From Nemertoderma westbladi (Eukaryota; Animalia; Xenacoelomorpha): a stretch of 60,593 nt of DNA. The position numbers and the translations under genes were made by a program. The notes under the pieces are model-generated. The model was not told the origin of the DNA and did no database searches. It saw only the letters and a list, made by a program, of their open reading frames with translations. The stretch is taken from assembly GCA_032718475.1 (NCBI GenBank), contig JAUCBJ010005901.1, forward strand, positions 1 through 60,593, given 5' to 3'. Positions 37,106 to 49,859 of this stretch are shown piece after piece. The stretch's first letter is position 1; every line of letters begins with the position of its first letter.

Positions 37106-37232
37106 GTGGATTGTGTATGATGGAGATAGAACTGGAAAGTATGTAATTCTTGAAGAAGGTGAATACCCAAATGCATTGAGTTGGTGGGATTATGGTGCTC
37201 CTCGAGATAATACCATATCAAGGCTAGTGTAA
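37106..37232 (+). CDS. Beta/gamma-crystallin-domain gene, terminal exon C (Greek key 4)
   Basis: ttttgcag|(R)WIVYDGDRTGKYVILEEGEYPNALSWWDYGAPRDNTISRLV*; phase matches exon B. Confidence 0.88.
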
Positions 37233-37400
37233 ATCTTTTATAATGATTAAATAACTTAATATAAGTAATAGATATATTCTGCCAAAACTTAAATTTATAT
37301 TAAATAGCGAATTTTAAATGAAAATATAATAATATTGTAAAATTTCCAAATACAATAATTATTTATGTATAACTGTCAATTAATTGGGTAATGTAAGAGT

Positions 37401-38960
37401 TTATACACCAATTTCATATAACATATCTTTTATAAATTTTACTAATAATATAGGCTTATTTTCACTCATAAAAATCTGTATTTTACCTAGTTCTAATTCC
37501 GCGTATTTTAATCGTACAGATTCTGTAAGAGGACAATAACAAACTACGTGTTCTTCCGTCTGAATATCTAATTTACAAGAGCATAAACGCTCATTTCGGG
37601 GGATCCTACTCCATCTCCCTAACTCAACTCGTAAATTGTGGGAGCTCAATCTCAATCTAGAAAAATTGACCCTTAAATTATCCGGGATGTAAATTCTAGA
37701 ATTACCAGAATAAATATCGTGCACAGCTAATCCTGGATTCAAATTCAAATATGTAGAAAATTTACTTTGAGATTGCGATTTCCTACATCTTTCCCTCTTA
37801 AATTTCGTTACACTATCTAAAATATAATTACAATCTGATGCACTAATCTTATTTAGAAATCTATAACCGGGAGAATTGACGGATTTACATAATTCATATG
37901 CAAAATAGGCAGCATCCTCATTTGTCCATAACTTTTGTAAATTACAAAAGGATTTCTTAATATTATTACTAATTATTGCACCAACTTCAGGCATCCCTAT
38001 TTCTACTAAGCACAAAATATTAGGAGTTTTAATACGTACATTCAATAAAAATTTTTGCCAAACAAATAACCATTCATTTTCAGAATTACACAGGTTACTA
38101 CAGACCACAAACCCTGGCACATTATAAGAAACCTCGGTTTTAACCTCATATAACCAAATAAAATTGAATCCTAAAACTCTGTCATTCTGTAGCTTATCAG
38201 AAAGGCCTGCAATGTTCCATGGTAATATCCGAAGTTTATTATTAAATATTTTGTTCCGTTCCACCTCTTTATTCCCGCAAGAATCCTAATGAAAACCTCG
38301 ATCGATTTCTAAACCATCAACCGTTACTACACCCTTTCTATAGTTTGTAGAATACAGCAGCACTTCCTTGATTTTCAGCCGTCTCTTTTTACAACTTTGT
38401 TTAATCGAGCATGTTCGCGACGTACGGATGGGTGGGTATCAGGTTTGATATAAATTTTATCACAGGTGGCCTTCTCTTTTAACTTCTTTCGGCTGCAACA
38501 CTTCAACATTATCGGAAGCGGTCGTCACAAGTCGTCTCCCGAACTTTGTTCTCTTTGATCCTTCCCCAATCGAATAAATTCGAAATCAGAAGGGCCTAAG
38601 GAAGCATCAACTTGACTTAATATTTTTGTCAGCTTCTGCTCGTCATTCTCCCCCAGATCATCTGGAATCTCTTTTACTCCTAGGACTACCACATTGCATC
38701 CCCGCCGTTCCGAATCAATCGACTCTAAGAATTTCTGTTGCCTTCTAATCACTACATGACAACTATCTAACTCTTTCCGCATTGTCTTTATCTCAGTTGC
38801 CTGTTCAGAAAATAAATTTATTTTCAAAGTATTTCTTTAGTTCACGGATTTCTTGAATCACCGGAGTCCGACGTCGATGTACCGACTGATTGGTCCAAAG
38901 GTTCGTCTAGTAGGTTTTTTAGGATTGTTGTCATGTCATCTTTTTTTTCATTGAACCTAT
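37401..38960 (-). mobile_element. Internally deleted LINE: ORF1 remnants, then the ORF2 APE start fused to the C-terminal Zn-knuckle region
   Basis: ORF1-like ERRGCNVVVLGVKE; ORF2 LRILPWNIAGL...YE joined to RLSSHNLRVELGRW...LCSC...EEHVVCYCP; no RT. Confidence 0.75.
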
Positions 38961-39634
38961 ACGGGTCCGATTCATTGCTCTTAATTAATTAATTGTCGAT
39001 AAATTAAACTGGCATACTTTTGAAGAAAACTGGAGAATAATTTAATAATATTGGCAGAATATTTTATTTTACGACAAATAAATTTCTTAACTAAAGGACC
39101 GAAACAGAAAGTAAAAGTAGCAAATAATTATATAATATTAAATTTTGCCTTTGGTTTGATGATTCTGAAGCTATAGGCCTACTGGTTTTCAAGGTTGCTG
39201 ATCACGATTCAAGTCGTTAAAAATCACTCGTTTTAACGCAACTATTAATGTCTTAAAATCAGGTTGATTTGGTAATGATTTTTAGTATCAAATTTGTGCT
39301 ACTTGTATTTTTCGTGTTCCAGGGGGATTTCGCATTCAAAATGACAAAAAATGTTCTCGAATGTTATATTAAATTTCTATAATCGTAATTGTTGCCGTTA
39401 TTCCTAACGCCAATGTAGGTTTGAGAGGGTTGTGGATCTCAGCAATACTAGTCACCGGATATTGGATCAGGGGGTGGTTGGATAATGCAGGCAAAACAAA
39501 AAGAATGAGTTGGGTTGAATCATCAATTTATTCTGACTGATCTTGTTTTCTGACGGTTTTAACACTGATTCTAAATATATGGGACCAATACGCCAATCTA
39601 AATATAATATACCCAATGAATGAGTTTATAACAT

Positions 39635-42134
39635 TGTTGGATTATTTCACTGTTAAGTAGCAATCTACAGTATCACATAAAAACTTTCTAAATCCGACAT
39701 ATTTTGACTTGATTTGTAGTAATGTAATATGCCTACTTCCTATCAGTAGATATAAGTACACTGGTGATTCTATTGGCACAGTGGTCAGATGGGTTAAGGC
39801 GTTGGTTACATTCTAGGTCGGTCATGGGTTTGAATCTTGGTCGGGAAATTTGCATTGGGCTATTAATTTTCGATTTCATTAAACTAGATAAGCCAATGAG
39901 GTGCGTACAACACATGGAATGGTGGGTTGGGCCAATCATAATAGGGCATTTAAGAACCTATTGCTCCAATGTGCAGCCATGGAATGTTGTAGAATGTTCT
40001 AGTTAATTCCATGTCCAGTATTTGCTATATAAAGGGCGGTTTACCCTTCGGTTATCACCTAACACAATCACTTGTATTACACTCTTGACTTAATCATTTG
40101 TTTAGATTTATTTGTAAAAATTAAGTTTGATAAGTCTTTAGCAATTACGTTAATATACTGTAAACTCTTCAACATGTACGTTTTAATGTGTCCACCTTTG
40201 GGACAGCCAAACATTTGGGGAATGGCTGCCTAAACCGTTAGGCCCTCAGCAATGCAGGGAAAGGATGTCCGCAACACACTAGAGCGCCCATATTAGATTC
40301 ACCCGCACTCCCGTTCGAAGCATGCCCTCTTGCCATACAGCGTCCACTTCAGAGGAAGGTAAGACTTTATTTGACGCCCTTGCCTGCAATAAGACCTTAG
40401 ATCAGGGTAAAGCGTGACACCGTCCTAGGATGCCGTAAAATTTAAGATTAGATATTTTGGATTCAGACATAGGCAAAAACCCCGGATCAACCTGTATCTC
40501 CTACAGGTGTGAGCTATTGCTGTTTGTTAGTACGCGCAAGTACAATTTAGGTGCGGATAGCACATGCTCTATAATTTGGTGAGTTGCAGTACTGACAGTT
40601 ATGTACAGCTTCACTTTGTAGCCTATATAGTTTGCCTGCCCCTGTCTGAGCCCGAAATATTTGATCAGGCAAGAGGCAGCTTTCTGCTACTGGTACATAT
40701 TTGGATTAGATAGGTTACTAACATCCTACCGCACCTTGCCATGTACTAATAGGTATTTACTGCTAACCACTGCAGTAACAAAATTCTAGAATCAAATTTG
40801 TATACCAGATCAGCTAACCTAAGGTAGTAATTAACACCTATTCTCTTATCTCATAATCAGAATCTGGTATTAGTGCCGATCACGGGTGTAGTTAATAACA
40901 CCATAATTGCCCGGTTGAGTTGTGGATAAGGAGGAGAGAGCTTTGACATCAGTTTGTAAGTATTGATCCTACAGCGTGCAACTAGTTATTCGAGTAGCTA
41001 GCGCCTGGTATTGTTTTGACTAAAATCACTAAAACCTATTATAATGGCGATACACCAAAATTGTCTTATTCGCAACACACACACATGCGTCCTAAAACAC
41101 ACACACGCGTCCTAAACCACATTTTGAGACCTACTAGCTACTGATTTACATTAGGTTACTTTTCAGTAGGATTTATTCTATAGTTTCTACTATTTTGTAG
41201 TTTTGTAATTTGTGGAGATATTTAGTATTTAGTTTTACGGCAAGAGGTACTTTAGGCATACACCCTTTTTTGACTGTTTTCCTATGGGCAGTATTGTTAC
41301 GCTAGTCTGTTGATCCACTAGCTCGTTCATAAACTATATAAATCACACTGCGGCAAGTTTACATTATTTAGGTCCATTAGCGATAGTTAGGATACGCTGC
41401 GCGGGGATTGTTTTCCCGTGAGTTTGGTCTGTCACTGTAGACTGTACATCTGCCTCACCAGTTAGAGGCCGGTTATCCTGTTTTGTCTAGTTCGCCTGGG
41501 CATTTGACTTGCCCACGCTTTAAAATAGACACCAGGCTCCATTCCTCGCCAGTAGTAGTTTGCGTATTTAGTATCTGTTTGTTTAGATACCCTGGACTGG
41601 GATTTATTGTCAGATACTCTATGAGCCCGTATACACTACTAGATCCTACAGTAAGGTACATCGTTACTAGGATCCGGTAGGCGGTATACTACTGGACTTT
41701 TCAGTAGGAGATATTTTATAGTCTAGTATTCGTAGATTGGTAGATTATAGAATGGACCCTACCAGAGAGTACATAAAAGTAGGAGATATTTTACAATCTA
41801 ACATTAGTAAGATTAGTAAATTGTAGAATAATTTCTTATTTGTATGTAGCTAGTAGTTTCGTATTTGATAAAAGTAGGAGATACTCTTATTAAATATTTA
41901 GTAGGAGTAGTATTCGCTATTGTACTTCGTAGCTAGTAGTTTCGTATTTGGCTAGCTGTAGATAGTTAGATAGTTTGTAATTATTTTGTTTTACGCTGTG
42001 TGTGTGTGGTGCTTTTTTCAGTACTTGAAAAGGTACGCAAGGTTTAAAGACCAATTTGTATCGGTACCTAGGAAAATTTTTTCGAAGAATAGTTAGTAAA
42101 ACTCTCACCTTCGATTTTTCAGGACTCAAGGACT
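39635..42134 (+). mobile_element. Long (~2.5 kb) LTR of a BEL/Pao-type family, older copy
   Basis: Colinear with 55311-57940 from TG(T/A)TG.ATTATTTCACT to CAGGACTCAAGGACT; visibly diverged. Confidence 0.75.
39890..40060 (+). promoter_or_regulatory. LTR Pol II promoter (CCAAT boxes, TATA, Inr-like)
   Basis: GCCAATGAG and GGCCAATCAT, TATATAAA at 40026, then CCTTCGGTTATCAC; all conserved in the second LTR (TATAAAA at 55809). Confidence 0.6.
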
Positions 42135-43189
42135 GCCATTGCCATTGCCATGGTGCCGTAGTACCATCTAGCCGGCCTGTTGCCATACTGCCAGTCCTGT
42201 ACACAGTAGGGGTGGTGGCATGGCGTGATTTGTGGTTCATGTGGTGTGAACTATGATTTGTATGTGGGCGATCATTGGCATTTGTCTTGGGGCTTGGATG
42301 GGTTCCTTTGGCCATCAGCTGCTCCGTTTTTTTGATACTATATGTTATTGTCTCCATGTTCAGCTGATTGGTCTTTGGGATTTGTTTGCGTCTTTGAACT
42401 TTCTGTTGCTGTGGGTACGTGGTACATGTGAGTGTATGTATGGCCACTTCAAGTGAGTATGGGAACCCTTGCCAGTTGGTCCAGACGCCGCTGGTATTAG
42501 TAGGACCATATCTCTACTGTGCCCCAGCATACTTTGTGCAGACAAAGTTATTTTGCCCTGACGGCAAAATAAGGTACTCTCGACTCTCTTGTGAGTCAAT
42601 ACAATTTTGTCCCCTCTGATTTGACCCCGATTTTGTCTTTCCTGATTTTGTCCTCTGTGTGTGCATGGTATGTGTCTGATTTTGTGCTTACCATTGTGTA
42701 CTTGATATTGTGAACATCTGTTGAGTACACGTGTACAGTGACTTGTAAATGGTTATTTGTTCGTAGCTTTTGAGCTACAGACAGTATTGTCTTTTCAATA
42801 CTGCCGGAGACGCAGGTGAAAACGAGTCAAAATTCCATGTTGGGTAGCGCAAGTCCACGTGGTACAAGACCGTCGGTTAAGCCCAAGGGCGACCTTGGTG
42901 CTCGATCGCTATCGACTGGTCCACCTGCTGGTTGACTCTGTATGTACAGTCAGGCCACAGTAAGTTGACAGTAGCCGATCATTTGGTCGTTGGGCGGCTA
43001 CACGTGCGACGAGCTGTGCTGGTGTGATCGGGGAATTAAAAATTGAACCCGGGAAGCACCGGGCCACCCTGCGGCCTGGTTGGAACTTCCGACTGAAAGA
43101 AATATCAGTCGAACTGGCCCCCGGGGTGGTGGAAACACATCCGCCTCGTGGGTGCGCCTCCAAGAGGATCCCAAAAGGACGAAAGCGAT

Positions 43190-45932
43190 ACTTTCCTTGA
43201 CAGACCACCTTTCCTGCCGACTTGGAGCTTCACAGCTTCAGCGACGCTAGTAAGGGTGGGCTGGGGGTTACCTTATACCTCAGACGACAAGTGACTTCGG
43301 ACAGCTACGAAGTGTCTCTCGTTACTTCAAGGGCAAAAACAATGTCATTGAAGTACATGACGGTATCTTGTGGAGAGCTACAAGCATGGACGATATCCAC
43401 CGATATTGTCAGTCTAGTTCAACGCGAGCTGGAGGCTAACTTGAAGGTCACAATTTTGGACTGATGCGATGTTAGTACTTTGGTACATAAATAACGACAC
43501 ATTCCAGTTCAAGACTTTCGTAGCTAACAGACGGGCTGAAATACTGGACCAGTCACTCAAACAAGATTGGCGTCACTGTCCAGGGAAACTGAACCCAGCT
43601 GACATTGCATCACGGGGAATGCTATCCATAGACTTTTATAAACCGGACAATAAGTCCTTTTGGTTTAGAGGAACCAACTTCCTACAGCGACCATCGGACG
43701 AATGGCCACCGTTACTTGACGCGACAACCTACACCATACCGGAGGGTGCCGAGATCAAAACCGACACTGTTGTCAAATCAAAAGCGATTTCACCAGACGT
43801 TTCGCCAGATTGTTCACCAGATGTCTCGCCAGATTATTCGCCAGAAGCGACACCAGATCCGGATCATACACCAGATTGCTTTATGGAGCTCTCGACAGAT
43901 TGTCTACCGGACGTCTCACCAGACTTTCCACCAGACATCTCGACAGACAGTCCACCAGACTTTAGACCAGACACTCTGACAGAAGCTACGCCAGACTCTC
44001 TTTGGGACAGATGACAGAACATTTCGCTGGAAGTCAGCGATATGTTTCACCAGACGTCTCACCAGACTGTTCGCCGGATGCCTCACCAGACTCTCTACCA
44101 GACTTTCCACTAGACGAACCACCGGAAAGTAGCGACGTGTGCTATGAAGCTGAAATGACACCATTGGAGCGGACTAGTACACACCTATTAGGTATTACCA
44201 ACTCACCTACTTTGACTTCCTTGAACAATGACGGTGTGGCAACAGCGATCACACTCCGCTCAAGGAAAATACTAGGTTAGGAGGCTTACAAGCCGACAGG
44301 AACACACTGGTACCGTAGAGTTGAAACCATTACTACCAGTCAATTCACTGAGTGCGGACGGTAAAGGTAAGACCGTGGAGATTGAAGTACTTAAGATCTC
44401 AGACAAACCTATTGTACAAAGGGAGACACTCACCGGAAGGCCCGCAGGACTACCAAGTCCGAACAAGTATCCACAATTTGACTATACCTTACCTGATGAC
44501 GTCACCAACACTTATGTTGACAGGATAGTTAACTTAACTAGATCATGGATGGAAGCGTGCCACAAGTTAGCATGGCTCAAACGTTTGAGACAATATGCCA
44601 GAGGCAAACGTGACTTTCCAAGAAGACTTACCTTGGCTGAAATTGGTAGTTGTGAAGTTGATATTATTAAACATTATCAATTGCGATATTTCGCACGAGA
44701 GTTCACAGCGATCAATCAGGGTAAACAGATTAAGTCTTCACCGATCTTGAGTTGGAGTCCAATAATTTACAACAAGGGCTTACTTTGTCACAAGTCCAGA
44801 ATCCAAAACATTGACTTCGCCTTAGACTGTATGATACTGGACGCACACGTACAACTCAAACACGTAGATAGACACCACTGTCTATCACACTTACGCTTGA
44901 GGTTTGTACTGATTAGACCTAGTAAGGCATTGAGTTCAGTGACACGTAACTGTATTATTTGTAAGAAGGTGCACGCGAGGATAGGACACCAAGAGATGAG
45001 TGAACTACCACTAGCAAGGTTACAGGCCCTTAGACCCCCTTTCACTGAGACAGGGATAGACTGTTTTGGACCCATAATTGCGAAACGTGGAAGGTTACAG
45101 GTAAAACTCTGGGGATTAATCTTCACCTGCATGGCCAGCAGAGCTGTCCGTATTGAACGTGTGACAAATTTAACCACCAACGCCTTTATCCTAGCCTTAC
45201 GGCGATTTATCGCTAGATGTGGATTGGTCAAATCCATTTATTGCGACCAAGGGACTAACTTTGTGGGTGCACGGAATGAAATCTCCAGAGCCTTAAGGAG
45301 GTTGGACCAAAATAAAATTTCCCATGAACTATGTCCTCACAACATTGTCTGGAGCTTTAACACTTCTGACAGTCCATGGAGAGGCGGAGTTTGGGAAAGA
45401 TTAATTGGGTCAATCAAAACGGCTATGGCGAAAGTAATACCGACGCAACGCATCTTGACAGACAACCAACTGACGACGTTGTTAATAGAAATCGAAGCGG
45501 TTTTGAACACAAGACCTATCGCTTTGATCCCAGACAACAACGACTCACAGTTTGTCTTGACACCAGTGCACCTGCTTATGCAGGCGCCGATGACGTTGTT
45601 GTCCACTTCGGTACCTGTCGATAGCGATGGTTACGGCAACAGAGCTTGGAAAATCGCTCAATTATTAGCCAACAAATTCTGGGAAATATGGCAGAAGTAC
45701 TATTTGCCCTCTATTTCGGCCAGGACATCTTGGTATCTTAATACCCGATGTCGGAGACGCAGTGACCACGTTTTATTGGCTGAAACCAATTTGAAAAGGC
45801 GGTTTTGGCTGACTTGAGTCCTTTTGACCACACACCCGACATCCGGTGTTGTAAGGACAGTAACTGTACGGACTATTGACGGTCGTACCGTAGATAGGCC
45901 TGTACAAGCCTTGAGGAGACTAGAAACGTGAT
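43190..45932 (+). pseudogene. pol: BEL/Pao pol 3' part (RNase H, integrase, C-terminal DUF5641-like region), with stops and frameshifts
   Basis: ELHSFSDAS, FKTFVANR, WRHCPGKLNPADIASRG, C..C, TGIDCFGP, CDQGTNFVG, GGVWERLI, LNTRP, GVVRTVTVRT...RPVQAL. Confidence 0.92.
43790..44125 (+). repeat. 12-bp coding repeat (xSPD/xPPD tetrapeptides) between RNase H and integrase
   Basis: SPDVSPDCSPDVSPDYSPEATPD...; CCAGA(C/T) recurs about every 12 bp. Confidence 0.85.
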
Positions 45933-46678
45933 GGGAGACTACAAATCTCCACCTAACATTAGTAAATAGAGATGTGGGACCCTTTATGGTTGCCACATAG
46001 CCTTACTGTATTCTAGTACTTGTATTACTGTACATTTGTATTGCTCTTCACTGTAGATTTAAGACAGCGGTGGAATTCCATTGTCTTTATATGTGAACAT
46101 GGAGGGTAGTACCCTTATGTATCACATAGGAGCGGGGTTGTGTGTACAGTAGGAATGGAATTCCACTTGGAACCCACAAGTGAGACAATTTTTCAAAAAT
46201 TTTAGATAAATCCATTCAGTTGGATTTAAATTTAAGAAAAACGATTCTCCAGTGGACGGATTCTAGGATATGGTTGGATAGAACCAAAATTTGGGAGGGA
46301 CAAGAGCGGATGGAAGGCTTGCGAGCCTACCGATATATTTTTTTGGAAAATAAAATCGGCCTTGTTCTAAAGTCGTGTCTATTATTATATTTTAGTCTGA
46401 TTAATTCTCGACTGCATTGTTTTCTTAAGGGAGTAGTTTGGGAATAAAAGGTGAGTATTTTAGACTCACGGCTAGTTTACCCGGAATTCGTTTTTATCGG
46501 CACATTTTTTGGATTGGGAGCCAGTGCGAATTCATGCGGAACCCGAAATCTTAAGCAAATGGGTAGGGGTTTTAGAGAGCCAAAAGCCGACAAAACTCTA
46601 AGTCTCCTCACATCTAACCTCTGTTTGTGCTTCCTCTAGTAGAACGTAACGATACGTAACCATATATACGCGTATATA

Positions 46679-49189
46679 ATGTCTGAGAGGATGTATAAGG
46701 AGTTACGACAGGGATTCACACAGGAGCAGGAGCACCAAGCGCCATTTAATCAATGTGGAGAAAAGAACTTTAACGTGGTTGGAGTTGAGAGTATGGCTAG
46801 GAGTACAGCCAAGCTCGCGAAGTCCAAGGCGGATCCAAACGTTATGCGACAGCGACTAGACGCCTATAACAAAAGAGCGGAGGAGTTACGCGTGGAGTTC
46901 AATGCGTTGTACCCCTACGATGCATTATGTGATGCCAGCGACATTTGCGAGGACCCCGACACGGAGATACGCCGATTATATCACATGCTGCAATATTTGA
47001 CGGCGAGTGAACCCTTGCCTGCAGCTAGGGACAAATTTGATGGGATGCATATATATATTATAGGGGATTATAGACGCGCTTGAGGAGTGGATCCGGAAAC
47101 TAAGGAAGCGTTCTCCATTTATAAACTGTTCTATAAATGTGGAGGATGTATGCGTGCGCAAGACAACGCGATCCCTATGCGCTTGAACCCGGAAAACCCC
47201 GAGCCGATATTAGCGCGTTGCCCAAACCACCAAATTCTGCGTTACCAAGAAGGCAGATACCCTTTGACGAATCCGTACCACTTGTTAAAGATTAGTGGAC
47301 CAAACGCGGGCGAGATTGTTATTTATGAACCCAAATTAGTCGAGCCAGACGTCTATAGTATGGTAGTAGACGAGTCTTACAAGTAGACACAGGAGAAACG
47401 GGAAACTCTAAGCCTCAACAGGGCATACAAGGCATACGAGAAAGGCGAGATCGTGGAGTTCGGCGGAAGGCTCGCGAGCCTACCATTCTATTGGATATCC
47501 TACGATCAAACCAAACCCAAGGAGATGACACCCGATCTTTTCGATAGTATAACCTTTGCTCAGCATTTGTCGAAGAGACTGCAGATACCACACATCAAGA
47601 TGACGAGAGAATCTCAACCCCACCCTACCAAGGTGGTAGTACCGGTCGCGAGGACAACCAGCTTTCCTATTAGCATACCGACCCGAGAGGAGATAACTTA
47701 CAAGATCCCCATAGTAGAACACCCGGAGATCATTTCAAACCTGGATTTCCTCCCATTGGTAACATTTGGCGATGTGTTAGAGGCGGCGGAGTTACATAGA
47801 ACCATAGTTCAGAAAATCTTATGCAATGTGCCTCCACATATTACCGACTTTAAGGAAGTGGATCGCGCGGGGACGGATATCGCACCTTGCATTCTGTGGG
47901 GGTATTTGGCGAAGACGATTTGATTATGGATCGGAGTCGGCACATTCGATACCGACACCGACATTGCGACCAATTGGACGGGGAAACCTATTAGCTTCGA
48001 CAACGAAAAGTCTATAGGGAGGATTTGGAACCCTACTGATGACTTACTCGATGATTGGGATGCGACGAGTCGATCTCTGCGGGAGAATGGATACATGTTT
48101 TATGATAATGAAGGAGGAAGCCATCAGCAGAGCCTCACTTCAAAGACCATACAAATTCGAGCACCAGATGGAGTGCTACACGTCTTCAGCCGACAGGGGA
48201 GCGATCAAAAGATGTCGACTCCGGAAGGAATGACGCAAAGACAAGCTATGATAAAATGGATAATTAAATCCATGGAACTAGCTTGTAGCATAGAGGCTAG
48301 GATGTTACCAAAGGCTGTGCGCGACGTTGTACTCAACAGGAGTATCGTCAAAATCGGATCCGGTGTATGGGAGGACCTTATTAGCAACTTCGCAGGAATG
48401 CCTGAGGAGGAGGATCGATTGCCTACGCCCTACATAGATACTAGACCATTGTTGCTTTGGGCCATCGAGCAAGGATATTTTTGAGAATATAACATGCATA
48501 AAACTGGAACGGGTAATATCTCATATCTCATGTTTAGTTGGGATTTTAAGGAGAGCAAGAGGAGCAAATACACAGACATATACAGTGAGGGAGATACCCC
48601 TAGCGTAAACAAGTTTGAGTCACAGCTAAAGTGGCGAGGATGTGTATATTGGGCGATCACCTCACCTCTGCGAATAATCTTGCAATACTACTTGGTGATT
48701 GAATCATCGGTGAATGTGTGTTTCATCGCCGATGTAGTGTCTAGGACTCTAAATCGACATCCGTTATGTCTCGTCGAAGGACATACAGTTTACGAGGGAG
48801 GAAGGACGCATACTGACATATTCCGCCGATTTCTCCAACCATTTTACTACACCGATGCCCACTGTGAAGTTTTCATGCAAGCGGGATTCAGTGTTTTTAT
48901 GGACGTTTATCTCACTCACGCGGGAAGCCTAGTCGACAGACCGTCGATGTTGACGTTAGTACCCTACGACGGGGAACGCCACGCGGAGATCAAAGGCCCG
49001 GAAGGATCCTGGAAGGCACGCGCCCCTACCGCTCATCATCCCGATGAGGATCCAACCGAGACCGCGACAATCGACGAACTGTTGCGGCAACTCATAAAGA
49101 TAGAGGAGAATCTTCCGAGGAAGATGCGAACCGAGATACGCGAGGTAGAGAAGAGCGACGCTGTGGTTTGTGTGCAACCTACGGAGTAG
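46679..49189 (+). pseudogene. BEL element extra ORF (~836 aa, one frame, 4 nonsense codons) with a WRN/EXD/RNase D-like DEDDy 3'-5' exonuclease domain
   Basis: Five track ORFs share one frame and the gaps between them are open. Motifs: FYDNEG (ExoI), TIQIRAPDGVLHVF, LPKAVRDVVLNRSIVKIGSGVWED (ExoII), YIDTR, and a tentative ExoIII at PL..ILQYYLVIE. Confidence 0.75.
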
Positions 49190-49859
49190 TAGTAGTAAAT
49201 TTATTGACTTTCGTCCATAATTATTATATAATATTTATCGCACAACTGAATGAAAAGATTTATCTAAATTTTTATCAAACATACATTACTTATTACATAT
49301 GTACTGTACGTGTGTAGTTTATTGTAATTTGTTAGGATCTATACCGCACCATTAGAGATGTGAAACAAAAATAAATAAATAAATGTCAAAAGCTACTAGT
49401 CCAATAACAAAATAAAATATAGACAAAAGACACTTCATAATTGGGTGTATAAATTATTTATTCATGTTCCATTACCGGAATCAAACAATGTCCCCCGAAT
49501 TATTGTATGTTAACAATATTCAAAGAATGATAATATATAATATGGGCGGGCGGGAGGGGGGGGGGGGAGTTACTGAAAACACTCCCATGATACGTCCATA
49601 ACTATAACTAATAACATACACTCAATAAGTTAATAAATACTACCATTAACCGTGTCTATCATACATATATAAATGTCAAAAACGCTAACAGACTCTTCAA
49701 TTAACAAATTAATATAAACAATGATAATATACAGTATAATATGGTCGGGTTATAAAATATAATATAAAAAAACTACGTTCATGACAATAACTAATTGCAT
49801 CTATTCGATAAATTAATAAATACTATACCACATCATAAAGATGTAAATGTCAAAATTGT

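Noticed and set aside
41917-43208. Overlapping ORFs of 60-176 aa on both strands
   Set aside because: No recognisable motifs and biased composition; probably a non-coding insert that replaced gag and RT.
46679-49189. env gene or endogenous virus gene cluster
   Set aside because: No signal peptide or transmembrane anchor is evident; the ORFs join into one frame with exonuclease motifs.
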